Virus record (IMG/VR): IMGVR_UViG_3300044856_000216
Location: 96,001-160,000 of that record
Reading direction: 5' to 3' (one strand)
Origin: a virus
Length of the DNA stretch: 64,000 nt
This document shows, in pieces, positions 53,573 to 62,762 of the stretch. The notes beneath the pieces were generated by a model, which saw only the letters and a list, made by a program, of their open reading frames with translations, had not been told where the DNA came from and did not search any database. A program made the translations under genes and the position numbers. The first letter of the stretch is position 1. Every line of letters begins with the position of its first letter.

Positions 53573-54058
53573 ATGGATGAAATAAAAGCATTAATGAATT
53601 TAGATTTTCCAACTGTTATCTTGGGCGTATTTATAATAATCTTGGGATTAGATAAAATAGTATTCTTGATTCAAAAAGCAAAGAAAACCCTACGTGTAAA
53701 ACTTGGCTATGAAATTGATAAAGAGACACTTGACAAAAGAATAGACACTTTGGAAAAACATGATAACTGGCAGTATAAAGAGATAACTAAAATGTCTGAA
53801 GGTATAGAGAATATTGAATCCGAGTTATTAGATAATAACTTGGAGAGAAAACGTAAATATATTTTGGATTTTTGTTCTTCTCTGTCAAATGGTCAGAAAC
53901 AAAATAAAGAGGCTTTCAATAATGTCTTCAAGACATATAAAAAGTATGAAGAACTGCTTACAGCTCATAAGATGGAAAATGGTCAAGCAGAGGAAAGTAT
54001 GAAATTTATTTCTGAAAAGTATCAGGAATGTCTACGAAATATGGAGTTTAAGTCCTAA
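53573..54058 (+). CDS. membrane protein with coiled-coil tail (second holin or lysis accessory candidate)
   Basis: FPTVILGVFIIILGLDKIVFLI TM helix. The start codon is uncertain. Confidence 0.5.
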   Translation: MDEIKALMNLDFPTVILGVFIIILGLDKIVFLIQKAKKTLRVKLGYEIDKETLDKRIDTLEKHDNWQYKEITKMSEGIENIESELLDNNLERKRKYILDFCSSLSNGQKQNKEAFNNVFKTYKKYEELLTAHKMENGQAEESMKFISEKYQECLRNMEFKS

Positions 54059-54117
54059 TATTTTTATTATATCATAAAATCCAGTAATTCAACTTATGAA
54101 TTTCTTCCTTATTATAT

Positions 54118-54351
54118 ATGTATAGAAAAACAGATTATACACAGACTAAATACATGAAGAATGAAATAGGCAGATATAGGTATCAACAGAATATGTCAAT
54201 ATCAGAACTTGCGAGACGTACAGGATTGTCAGCAACTGCAATATCTAATCTTGAAAATGGATATACATCTGATATACTACTCTCTCATGCTATATCTTTA
54301 TCTCATGCATTACATGTTGATTTGTACGATTTGTTTTGTATTAAAAGATAA
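54118..54351 (+). CDS. XRE-family HTH protein
   Basis: ...MSISELARRTGLSATAISNLENGYTSDILLSHAISLSHALHVDLYDLF... Confidence 0.75.
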   Translation: MYRKTDYTQTKYMKNEIGRYRYQQNMSISELARRTGLSATAISNLENGYTSDILLSHAISLSHALHVDLYDLFCIKR

Positions 54352-54365
54352 GGAGAATTGTTGAT

Positions 54366-54542
54366 ATGGAGAAGACATTTTACAACGTAATCTGTGAAGA
54401 ATTGGAATTATTAGGAGGCAAAGTAATTCATATTGATAAGAACTTTGGAGATATGAATGAAGTACATAATTTCGTAATAAGTAATATAGGTAAATATCCT
54501 AATGCACATTGGGAACTACGACCTATCACATTTAGAATTTAA
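54366..54542 (+). CDS. 58-aa hypothetical protein
   Basis: Own translation: TAAGGAGAATTGTTGAT-ATG, MEKTFYNVICEELELLGGKVIHIDKNF... Confidence 0.5.
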   Translation: MEKTFYNVICEELELLGGKVIHIDKNFGDMNEVHNFVISNIGKYPNAHWELRPITFRI

Positions 54543-54552
54543 TATTAAAGGA

Positions 54553-54584
54553 AAGAGCAGTTTCTTCGGAGGCTGCTCTTTTGT
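54553..54584 (+). terminator. intrinsic terminator
   Basis: AAGAGCAG...CTGCTCTT followed by TTGTT. Confidence 0.65.
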
Positions 54585-54606
54585 TATGTAAGGGGAGTGA
54601 AAGGAA

Positions 54607-55053
54607 ATAACAAAAGCTAAATCGAAATATCATGTAGATATTTCAGAACAAGGTAAGAAAAATCGAACATATAAAGGCGTGACTTACGACAGCCTAACGG
54701 AGCTTAGATTTTTGCAAGAATTTATTGAGCCTAGAATGAAAAGTGGAGAAATATTATCATATGAACGCCAAGTAGAATATGTTCTTCAAGAAAAATTTAA
54801 ATATAATGGAAAGACAATTCTACCAATTAAATATCGAAGTGATTTTAATGTAACATGGGCTGATGGTACTTTACAGGTTTTCGATGTGAAAGGAAATCCC
54901 GATTCTATGTCGTTACTTAAAAGGAAAATGATGTGGTGTAAATATCCAGAGACTAATCTTACATTTATATGCCGTAATTTAAAATACGGTGGATGGGTAG
55001 AATTTGATACTTTAAAGAAACTTCGTAAAGAAGCTAAGAAAGCAAAGTCATGA
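54607..55053 (+). CDS. DUF1064-type protein, apparent AUA start
   Basis: ITKAKSKYHVDISEQGKKNRTYKGVTYDSLTELRFLQEF...YRSDFNVTWADGTLQVFDVKG fits DUF1064. The KSKY N-terminus lies upstream of GTG 54679. In-frame stop at 54598. GGGGAG-9 nt-ATA at 54607. Confidence 0.6.
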   Translation: MTKAKSKYHVDISEQGKKNRTYKGVTYDSLTELRFLQEFIEPRMKSGEILSYERQVEYVLQEKFKYNGKTILPIKYRSDFNVTWADGTLQVFDVKGNPDSMSLLKRKMMWCKYPETNLTFICRNLKYGGWVEFDTLKKLRKEAKKAKS

Positions 55054-55244
55054 CAGACAATGAGATACATAAGTATCTAATAAAACATAACTGGGCTGTT
55101 AATTCTCATGAGTTTATATCAATTATGAACGAAAGCCCTCAGATAGAACGGACTGAATATAATAGTCAAAATAATATATTAACTGTTTACACTCACGACC
55201 ATGTATTTTCATGCAAGTGGGTGTTGAATGAGATAAAGGAATGA
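55050..55244 (+). CDS. hypothetical protein
   Basis: ATGA overlap with the previous gene. ORF track. Confidence 0.55.
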   Translation: MTDNEIHKYLIKHNWAVNSHEFISIMNESPQIERTEYNSQNNILTVYTHDHVFSCKWVLNEIKE

Positions 55245-55849
55245 AAGGAATATTAATTATGGAAAAGATTACAATTAAAAATTTTATAGATGAATATAAT
55301 AAGCGTGACACAGAGTCATTAAAGGAACAGTATATTAAAGATAATCTTGAAATTATACCTTATGTGCCATTTATTAGAAAGGATGCACTTATCGGTAATT
55401 TGCTCAAAATAACTATGATTGACGAAAAAACTGGTAATGTAAAAGTAAACTCTTCTGCTGAATATCTTTTAAAGACAAGAATTTTAATTGAGAATTATAC
55501 AAACCTTACGGTTGAGACAGATGGATTCTATGAGGAATATGATGAGCTGAAGAAATCTGGATTATTTACCATTTTACTTATTGGTGATGATAATACTGCA
55601 CCGCTTATTCCGATTGAAGAAATTGCAGAGTTCAATCATTTACTATCTATTAAGAGAAATGATGTGCTTACTAATCGTTATGAGATTCACAGCTTTATTA
55701 CAGAACAGGCAGATAGATTCAAGGCTCTTGTCGAAGCTACTCTCACACCATTTATAGATACATTAAGTAAGAAACTTGATGAGATTCCAAAAGAAGATTT
55801 AGATAAAGTTGTTGAGTTTGCTAAGAATGGTGGATTTAAAGAGGTATAG
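55241..55849 (+). CDS. hypothetical protein
   Basis: ORF track; ATG 55259 is an alternative start. Confidence 0.65.
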   Translation: MKGILIMEKITIKNFIDEYNKRDTESLKEQYIKDNLEIIPYVPFIRKDALIGNLLKITMIDEKTGNVKVNSSAEYLLKTRILIENYTNLTVETDGFYEEYDELKKSGLFTILLIGDDNTAPLIPIEEIAEFNHLLSIKRNDVLTNRYEIHSFITEQADRFKALVEATLTPFIDTLSKKLDEIPKEDLDKVVEFAKNGGFKEV

Positions 55850-55852
55850 AGT

Positions 55853-56047
55853 ATGGATTTATTTGATTTAATATATAATAATATTTATACGATAGATAAA
55901 ACATTTGATAAACCAAATAACTTTGAAGAAATTAGAAAAGAGATTATTTCTATTATAAAAGAAAATAATCTCTCTCTTAGTCAGTCTGCAATGGTGTTCA
56001 ATTCTATTATAAAAAAGTTGGGGAATACACCAATCAACGAATTATAA
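55853..56047 (+). CDS. hypothetical protein
   Basis: ORF track. Confidence 0.55.
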   Translation: MDLFDLIYNNIYTIDKTFDKPNNFEEIRKEIISIIKENNLSLSQSAMVFNSIIKKLGNTPINEL

Positions 56048-56206
56048 TTATTTGTTTAGGTATTTTAATATCTCGCTATGGATTTTCTTAAAATTTTCTA
56101 TTTGTTGTTCAAGTGTAACTTCAGTAGATCTTTTTAGTAGATTATTTTGATGAATATATTCTAATGCCAAATCGTAAGCTGCTTTATTAGTAAGTTCTGG
56201 ATTCAT
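56048..56206 (-). CDS. 52-aa hypothetical protein (convergent, minus strand)
   Basis: Own translation: GGAGGTATTACAT-ATG, MNPELTNKAAYDLALEYIHQNNLLKRSTEVTLEQQIENFKKIHSEILKYLNK*. Confidence 0.5.
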   Translation of the reverse strand: MNPELTNKAAYDLALEYIHQNNLLKRSTEVTLEQQIENFKKIHSEILKYLNK

Positions 56207-56419
56207 ATGTAATACCTCCGTTTTTTTTGTTTTGTATTATATCATGGATTTAGGATTTATTCAACGAAGTAAAGAAATTCAAATTTCATGAGGAGATTAT
56301 TTATGTCCAAAAAGAAAAAAAAGAAAAACAAAGTTAAGTTAATACCTCGTAATATAAATACAACCACTCCTGGATTATTTGATTGGAGTGAATTATTTCG
56401 AAGGAGGAAAAATAATATT

Positions 56420-56638
56420 ATGATTGCAGCAACAGAAGCTAGAAAAATTACAGAAGAAAGCCGTTCTATGTTACAGAAAACTATTGATGAGATTGATTAT
56501 TATATTGATGATGCTATTCATGAAGGTAAACATACAGTTATGATTGATGGCTTTATTAGTAAAGAAACTGTTGAAACTTTAAGGGAATATGGTTATGCAG
56601 TAATGGAATCTGATACACGTTTTCAGGTGGTATGGTAA
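56420..56638 (+). CDS. hypothetical protein
   Basis: ORF track 56288-56638, trimmed to ATG 56420 after AAGGAGG. Confidence 0.55.
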   Translation: MIAATEARKITEESRSMLQKTIDEIDYYIDDAIHEGKHTVMIDGFISKETVETLREYGYAVMESDTRFQVVW

Positions 56639-56815
56639 ATGATAGGTGGAATATTATACGGACTTCTATGTGGATGGATTCTTACATTATTCAATGTAGA
56701 TAATATCTGCATAGAAGTTCTACAACCGATTGTTCCTTTTGTATTAACTACAGCTCATTATTATTTTGTGTTTGGAGTTGTAGGGTTAATATACGGAATT
56801 ATACACAATGATTAA
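56639..56815 (+). CDS. 58-aa two-TM membrane protein
   Basis: Own translation MIGGILYGLLCGWILTLFNVDNICIEVLQPIVPFVLTTAHYYFVFGVVGLIYGIIHND*. Confidence 0.5.
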   Translation: MIGGILYGLLCGWILTLFNVDNICIEVLQPIVPFVLTTAHYYFVFGVVGLIYGIIHND

Positions 56816-56826
56816 ATATTTAAGCT

Positions 56827-56856
56827 CTATGCGTGTCAAAGCGTATAGGGTTTTTC
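56827..56856 (+). terminator. intrinsic terminator
   Basis: CTATGCG...GCGTATAG followed by GGTTTTT. Confidence 0.6.
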
Positions 56857-56860
56857 TTAT

Positions 56861-56890
56861 GGAGAGCGGTTATACTGCTCTCCTATTTTA
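56861..56890 (+). terminator. intrinsic terminator GGAGAGC-n9-GCTCTCC-TATTTTA
   Basis: Same stem and tail as 29861-29887. Confidence 0.65.
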
Positions 56891-56926
56891 GTGTAAAAAT
56901 AGTGAAATTTTTGGAGGTGATTGGAA

Positions 56927-57454
56927 TTGGCAAAAAATATATATACAGATTTTAAAAAGAAGTTAGACAGAATTGAAAATCATATTGCAGAAGAAATTGC
57001 TCCGCAAGCAAATGAACTTCTAAAAGAATCTGTTAGATATTCATTGATAGATTGGTATAACGATTACACTCCACAGTCGTATGAAAGAACATATAACTTC
57101 ATGAAAATTCTCGATTCTACAAGAACAATAGGTAAAGGAAATGTTCTTCATTTTTCAGTAGATTCAGGTGCAATGGATAATTATATCGGTTGGGCTGGGT
57201 ATGGTTGGGGAAATACCTATGATGCACCAAGAGAAGATGGAAAATATTCTAATAAAAAAGGTAATCATCAGAAATTAAATGCCAGCCTTGCATTTGATTA
57301 TATGTTTATGAATGGTGAACATGGTCATGGTCATTGGATGATGCATAGATCCATCCCTCCATATATGTATGTAGAGCGAGATATCGAAAGTGGATTTAAT
57401 GGTCGTTTAGACAAAATTATAAATAAAAGAGTTGATGAAATTTTAAGAAAGTGA
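56927..57454 (+). CDS. hypothetical protein upstream of the tape measure
   Basis: ORF track 56921-57454. The TTG at 56927 lies 9 nt after GGAGG. Confidence 0.65.
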   Translation: MAKNIYTDFKKKLDRIENHIAEEIAPQANELLKESVRYSLIDWYNDYTPQSYERTYNFMKILDSTRTIGKGNVLHFSVDSGAMDNYIGWAGYGWGNTYDAPREDGKYSNKKGNHQKLNASLAFDYMFMNGEHGHGHWMMHRSIPPYMYVERDIESGFNGRLDKIINKRVDEILRK

Positions 57455-57463
57455 GGAAATTAA

Positions 57464-60400
57464 ATGCCAGGAATGTATAAATATAGCATGGAGATTGAAT
57501 CTAATGTCAAAAAGTTACTTTTGGACACAAAAGAACTCCAAGACAGAATGGATACTCTCGAAGGCAAAGAATATAAAATCAACTTAAATATTGATGAGAA
57601 AAAACTTGGAAATGTAATTTCCAATCTCGAAAAAATGCTTGACTCTCTTGGTAAGGGAACAGGTGATTTCAAACAGTTTGAGAATTTATCAAAGGAACTA
57701 TCAAGTATTGTATCAGAAGTACAGAGTTTAAGTAAAGCTTTTGGTAAAGTAGATGATTCTGGTACGAAGACATTACTCTCTTCTATCCAAAATATTGATA
57801 AATCACTTTCTGAACTGAGTCAGAATATTCTCAATGTTAATAAAAACATGAGTAATATGGGTGGCAATACGAGTGGTGCTGTCAAACAAGTGGAGAATAT
57901 TAGTGATGCGTATCAAAACGCTGCAAAAGAAGCTGAGAAATTGGCTGATGCACAAAGTAAAATTGGACAGAAAACGAATATTTCATTAGGTGACTCTAAA
58001 GAGCAATCAACAGAAATTGACTTATATCATAATTTAGAAAAGAGAAAAGTTACATATGATGAAATAATTGATAAAATTCAAACAATCATATCTCTTAAAG
58101 AAAAAGAAAAATCGTTAAGCAAAACTTCTGATGATACGAAACTCTACCAAAAATTATATGACGAAAATGATATCAATTGGGCTGGTGATACAGAAGGTAC
58201 TATTAATAGAATATCAGATAGATTAAAAGAAATTTATATAAAATATAATGGTAAAATATCTTTAATTAATGAAAATGATATTCAAGAAGCCGCTTATCTG
58301 TTAGACATACTAAAAGGAGCAGGTGAATCACCTAATCTAAATAAATCTCAAGAAAAATTTTATCAGAATAAAAAATTTTCAAACGATTCATTGTTTGATA
58401 ATATTCATGTTGATTCTCAAAAAACAGGAGAAATAGATAAAATCAACACAGAGTTGTCAGAAACATATCGTTGGTTTAATCAACTTGAGGGTGTATCTCT
58501 TAATGAAAATATAGCAAACGAAATTAAATCATTAATATCGGATATGCAAATTGGTGGAAAAAATGCTAATGAATATGCTAATGATTTATTAAAAATATTT
58601 AATATAGAAGTTGGCTCTAATTCTGTTGTCGAACAGCAAAATAAATTGCAATCTGAATTAAAAGAAACTGAATCACAGGCTGAAAAGACTACTATGGCTG
58701 TTAAAGAGGTATCTTCTACTGCTTCTACAGAGCAAAAGAAAGACGCATTTCCTTCTACCGAAGCTACTGCTTCTGTTGAGAAAACAACACAAGCAATTAG
58801 AGAAGAAAATAATGCTTTGGATGAAACAGTAAGTAAAGCCAAACAGGCGGCTTCTGAATCGACAAAAACTAGAGATATTGTTAGCCAGAATTGGTATCGT
58901 GAAAAAGGAACAGTTGTAGGCAAAGATTCAAAAGGCAACGATATAACTCGTGATGCTGATGAATTTTCTTTTGTGGAAAGATTAAAAAATGGTCAGTTAC
59001 AAACAGTTCTGGCTACATATGATGAGGAAACTGGCAAATGGGCAGAACAAGTTATTAATGTCAGAACTGCTTTTGAACAGGTAGAAAAAGCTATTATCAG
59101 TGCAGATAATAAGATTGCTTCTTTAGAGATAGCAAAAGAAAGGACTCTTGCATCTCATCCAGGGTACGATGCTACTGCTGATGATAATCAGATTGCCATT
59201 GAAAGAAAAAAGAGAGATGAATTACAAGCAACTCTTAATCTTTATGGCAGCGAAAAGGAATATGTTTTTGAGATTGAAGCTGCTACAAAGAGAATTGCTG
59301 ATAATCAGAAAAGACTGAATAATAAGAAACAGTCACAGACTAATTTAAGACAAGCAGTTTCTGATGAAAAGGATGCAAAAGCCAACGAACAAGCAAATAA
59401 ACGTGACGCAAAACAGGCACAAATTGAGGCAGAGAATATTAAATTAGCAGAACAGAAATCTATTTACAATGAGTTGATTGATTCTATTGATAGATATTCT
59501 ACAGTTTCAAAACGAATTGAAAGTGGCAAGGCTTTTGAGGGTGACTACGAAGAAGCTGCAAGATTGCAAGAAAAGATTGAAGAACTTCAAAACAATCCTA
59601 TTTTATCACAAGAACAGTTGGATGCTTCTCAGCGTAAGTTGGAGAAAATTGAAACTACATTAGAAGATATTGCAACTGCAAAAGCAAAAAGTGACTCTAT
59701 TAAAGTTGATTCTGAAAATGTCAAAAATATTCAAGCTGAATGGGATAAAAATATAAAAGCAATCCAAGATTATATGGATGCTATGACAAAACTCAATAAT
59801 CTTAAAGCTAAGGATAAAGGTACTGGTAGTGAAGCAAATCAGATTGCGTTACAGACACAGAATGTTGAGGAATTAAAACAGGCTGCATGGGATGCACGAA
59901 AGAATTTGTCTTCTATACAAGCAGAAAATCCTGATATCATCGCATGGAAACAATGGGTTGATATGATGGAACTATTCGATCAAGCTTCTAAAGGTTCTGC
60001 TGAATCAGCCGCAAAACTCAAAGATGTATTAGACAACATAAAAGCTCCATCTCTTGATAAATATGAGAATAAACTAGCATCTTACCAGACTAAGAAAGGT
60101 GCTTATAATGCTACTATCGCAAGGTTTAACGATGGTGGTTGGACAAGTGATGAATATTTAAAGAATGTACAGGCTGTCAAGGATGCTGTTAATGAGTATG
60201 AAACTCTGCTTAATGAATTAAAGGGCAAAGATGCTAGTTTGGTGACAAGTGATGATATTTCTAAATTGGACGAGTATGAAAAGAAAATCAAAGATGCTAT
60301 CGCTACTGTCACTAATATGTCAGCTGCTGAAAAGGGATATAACTTTGTTTCAGGTCAGAAAGAATTAGACAAGATTCACAAGCTTCTCAATGAAAATAGT

Positions 60401-61807
60401 AAGATGTCTTCTGAGGCAAAAGCTAAAATCAAGGCTTACTATACGGAAATTGAAAGTGGTAATCCTAGCATGAGTTTGGATAGAATTCATGGTGAGATTA
60501 TGAAGATTTACAATGCTGAAGTTGAAGCTGGTCGTGCTGGCAGAAGTTTCTTTGATACATTAAAGAATAGTGGATTTCATCAATTAGCTGCTCAGATGTC
60601 AGGTATGTTTGGATTTTATGATGTTATTAATATTGGGAAACAAGCGATTAGTACAATTGTAAGTCTTGACGATGCTTTAGTTGATTTAAAGAAAACTACG
60701 GCAATGAACAAAACTCAGCTTGAGCAATACTATTATGACGCTAATGATGTTGCGAAACAGATGGGTGTAACTACAGAAGAGATTATTAACCAAAGTTCCG
60801 CTTGGTCTAGGCTTGGATACAATACTGCTGAAGCTTCTACGGAAATGGCAAAACTTAGTTCTCAGTTTGCTTCTATTTCTCCTGGAATGGGAGTTGATGA
60901 AGCTCAGAGCGGATTAGTCTCAATCATGAAAGCATGGTCAATAGATCCAGATCAAGTAAAGTCTGAAATTATGGACCCTATAAATCAGCTTGGAAACACA
61001 ATGGCTGAAGACAACCAAGATATTGTAGAGGGTATGGAACGTTCTGCCGCTGCACTTGCTGCTGTTGGTACTTCTACAAAAGATGCTTTTGCTTTATTTT
61101 CAGGTATACAAGAAGTTTTGCAAAATGCAGAAAAAAGTGGTACTTCCCTCAAGAGCGTTGCCTTACGACTGCGATCTTTTGACGAAACGACAGGAGAATA
61201 TTCTGAGGATTTAGCAAATATCACAGGCGAATTAATAGATTTAACTAAAACTGCTGAACATGCAGAAGGAGTTTCTATTTTCAAACCTGGTTCAACTACA
61301 GAGTTCAAAGATTTAACTGATTATTTCAGAGAGATTGCAGGTATCTGGGATGAGATGACACAGAAGCAGCAAAATGATTTTCTTATCAAGGCTTTTGGTC
61401 GTAATCAAGCTCAAGCAGGTGCTGCTCTTATTCAGAACTTTAAAGCTGTTGATAAAGCTCTCGCTGAAATGGGTGAAAGTGCTGGCAGCTCGGATAAAGA
61501 AATGGAAGCTGTAGAATCCTCTCTTTCTTATAAAATCAACGCACTTAAGGAAACTTGGGTTGGCTGTGTGCAAGATATGATAGACAGAGGAGACTTAGGT
61601 ACAATTGTAACTGGTCTTACAAAAGTCTCAGAAGCTATTACTTTCTTACTTGATAAATTGGGTATTCTTGGCTCTATTGGATTAGGAGCAGGAATATTCT
61701 CAGGAATTAAAAATGTCGGTGGGAATAAAATGCATTTCCCGATGAATATACTCGACAACATACATAATTTACTTTGGATACAAAGGTTTAGAGTATGTTA
61801 TCCGTGA
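57464..61807 (+). CDS. tail tape measure protein (1447 aa)
   Basis: Long coiled-coil-rich ORF. Core ...TTEEIINQSSAWSRLGYNTAEASTEMAKLSSQFASISPGMGVDEAQSGLVSIMKAWS... is typical of TP901-type tape measure proteins. Hydrophobic C-terminal segments. Confidence 0.8.
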   Translation: MPGMYKYSMEIESNVKKLLLDTKELQDRMDTLEGKEYKINLNIDEKKLGNVISNLEKMLDSLGKGTGDFKQFENLSKELSSIVSEVQSLSKAFGKVDDSGTKTLLSSIQNIDKSLSELSQNILNVNKNMSNMGGNTSGAVKQVENISDAYQNAAKEAEKLADAQSKIGQKTNISLGDSKEQSTEIDLYHNLEKRKVTYDEIIDKIQTIISLKEKEKSLSKTSDDTKLYQKLYDENDINWAGDTEGTINRISDRLKEIYIKYNGKISLINENDIQEAAYLLDILKGAGESPNLNKSQEKFYQNKKFSNDSLFDNIHVDSQKTGEIDKINTELSETYRWFNQLEGVSLNENIANEIKSLISDMQIGGKNANEYANDLLKIFNIEVGSNSVVEQQNKLQSELKETESQAEKTTMAVKEVSSTASTEQKKDAFPSTEATASVEKTTQAIREENNALDETVSKAKQAASESTKTRDIVSQNWYREKGTVVGKDSKGNDITRDADEFSFVERLKNGQLQTVLATYDEETGKWAEQVINVRTAFEQVEKAIISADNKIASLEIAKERTLASHPGYDATADDNQIAIERKKRDELQATLNLYGSEKEYVFEIEAATKRIADNQKRLNNKKQSQTNLRQAVSDEKDAKANEQANKRDAKQAQIEAENIKLAEQKSIYNELIDSIDRYSTVSKRIESGKAFEGDYEEAARLQEKIEELQNNPILSQEQLDASQRKLEKIETTLEDIATAKAKSDSIKVDSENVKNIQAEWDKNIKAIQDYMDAMTKLNNLKAKDKGTGSEANQIALQTQNVEELKQAAWDARKNLSSIQAENPDIIAWKQWVDMMELFDQASKGSAESAAKLKDVLDNIKAPSLDKYENKLASYQTKKGAYNATIARFNDGGWTSDEYLKNVQAVKDAVNEYETLLNELKGKDASLVTSDDISKLDEYEKKIKDAIATVTNMSAAEKGYNFVSGQKELDKIHKLLNENSKMSSEAKAKIKAYYTEIESGNPSMSLDRIHGEIMKIYNAEVEAGRAGRSFFDTLKNSGFHQLAAQMSGMFGFYDVINIGKQAISTIVSLDDALVDLKKTTAMNKTQLEQYYYDANDVAKQMGVTTEEIINQSSAWSRLGYNTAEASTEMAKLSSQFASISPGMGVDEAQSGLVSIMKAWSIDPDQVKSEIMDPINQLGNTMAEDNQDIVEGMERSAAALAAVGTSTKDAFALFSGIQEVLQNAEKSGTSLKSVALRLRSFDETTGEYSEDLANITGELIDLTKTAEHAEGVSIFKPGSTTEFKDLTDYFREIAGIWDEMTQKQQNDFLIKAFGRNQAQAGAALIQNFKAVDKALAEMGESAGSSDKEMEAVESSLSYKINALKETWVGCVQDMIDRGDLGTIVTGLTKVSEAITFLLDKLGILGSIGLGAGIFSGIKNVGGNKMHFPMNILDNIHNLLWIQRFRVCYP

Positions 61808-62183
61808 GATACACGGTGATAAACACCCTATAACGTCTGAATAGACTTGTATGCCATAAACATACAACTGGGAATTACGTCAAACTCACACTACTCTCCT
61901 ATTTTGGTAACAAATTAGGCTATAGTGACAATGTGTGAACTCGTATGGTCAGGTCGGAAGCTTCCTTATTATAAGGAATAACCGCCACAGTAATGCTATG
62001 GGTGAGATTCAGTATATGAAATGATACTGATGAGAATAGACATTCGATGCTATTATGGAGCGTAGCCATAAAATTATGAGTTAGGAACTTATCTCCTACT
62101 TCTACGTTAAGTTTGAACCAATTGTTCCTTGGTAGATAAGATGGAACAAAAAGAAGTAAATCTCGATTTCTTTCGAGGTAAAA

Positions 62184-62201
62184 ACAGAGAATAATAAAAT
62201 A
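62184..62201 (+). promoter_or_regulatory. ACAGAGAATAA motif copy
   Basis: ACAGAGAATAATAAAATAG. Points into the antisense of 62266-62346. Confidence 0.5.
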
Positions 62202-62265
62202 GAGAGCAGATTACTCTACTCTCTTATATATGAAAATGATATAATATTCCCACCAGATTTTCTAA

Positions 62266-62346
62266 CTACGCACAAAGCTTAATGACAATAATTAATGCCA
62301 CTATTGCTATGATAAAACTTGTACTAACCTTTATCTTACACTTCAT
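62266..62346 (-). CDS. 26-aa hydrophobic peptide (type I toxin-like)
   Basis: Own translation: GGAAGGAGACAATTACC-ATG, MKCKIKVSTSFIIAIVALIIVIKLCA*. Confidence 0.4.
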   Translation of the reverse strand: MKCKIKVSTSFIIAIVALIIVIKLCA

Positions 62347-62490
62347 GGTAATTGTCTCCTTCCTATGTTAATAAATCCTATTGGGATTTGCATTGAAAGG
62401 CGTAATGCTCAAGCTAGTGCCCGATACAACGACCTATGTAGTTATACTTATCTGGCTCTCCAACACTTATCTTTTGAATAAGTTTTCCAC

Positions 62491-62508
62491 ATGGAGAATA
62501 ATAAAATG
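62491..62508 (+). promoter_or_regulatory. GGAGAATAA motif copy
   Basis: CATGGAGAATAATAAAATG. Points into the antisense of 62583-62762. Confidence 0.5.
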
Positions 62509-62582
62509 AGGACTGTCGTGATGACCAGCCCTCATTTAAGGAATAAAAGGAAATAAATTATGACTTATACAAAAGAATAAAA

Positions 62583-62762
62583 TTATTTAGATTGATGTTT
62601 GTCTTTTGCAATCATGTGAGTTATGTATTTTACTTTCTCATTACTGAGTTCAGGATGTTTGCAAATCAGTATTGTGACTACTAATTTGAGAATCAAATAT
62701 CCAAAGTAACATACTCCTACACTGCCTAAGACTTTCAATAATTGTGTTAGACCTACTAACAA
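62583..62762 (-). CDS. 59-aa small membrane protein (holin-like or toxin-like)
   Basis: Own translation: GGGAGGGTAGAA-TTG, MLVGLTQLLKVLGSVGVCYFGYLILKLVVTILICKHPELSNEKVKYITHMIAKDKHQSK*. One residue below the track cutoff. Confidence 0.5.
   Translation of the reverse strand: MLVGLTQLLKVLGSVGVCYFGYLILKLVVTILICKHPELSNEKVKYITHMIAKDKHQSK

Noticed and set aside
56288-56419. Lys-rich N-terminal extension (MSKKKKKKNKVKL...) of track ORF 56288-56638, and a possible slippery poly-A frameshift site.
   Set aside because: A strong AAGGAGG SD precedes the internal ATG at 56420. The A-rich stretch looks like intergenic DNA, and no second frame continues from it.
57464-61807. Antisense ORFs inside the tape measure gene (58480-58938, 60103-60312, 60985-61308, 61313-61573, 61528-61761).
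   Set aside because: They are nested in a 1447-aa ORF with clear tape-measure features. Long antisense ORFs of this kind are typical in repetitive coiled-coil coding DNA.
37744-61807. Stop-codon reassignment (TAG or TGA recoding) in the late genes, as seen in some gut phages.
   Set aside because: All late genes read as long uninterrupted ORFs under the standard bacterial code. None of the six tRNAs has a suppressor anticodon.
61700-62200. Possibility that the tape measure is interrupted by an intron or intein, because its last ~30 residues look unrelated and a structured non-coding region follows.
   Set aside because: No plus-strand ORF resembling a downstream exon exists before 63120. I saw no intein blocks or group I core elements.
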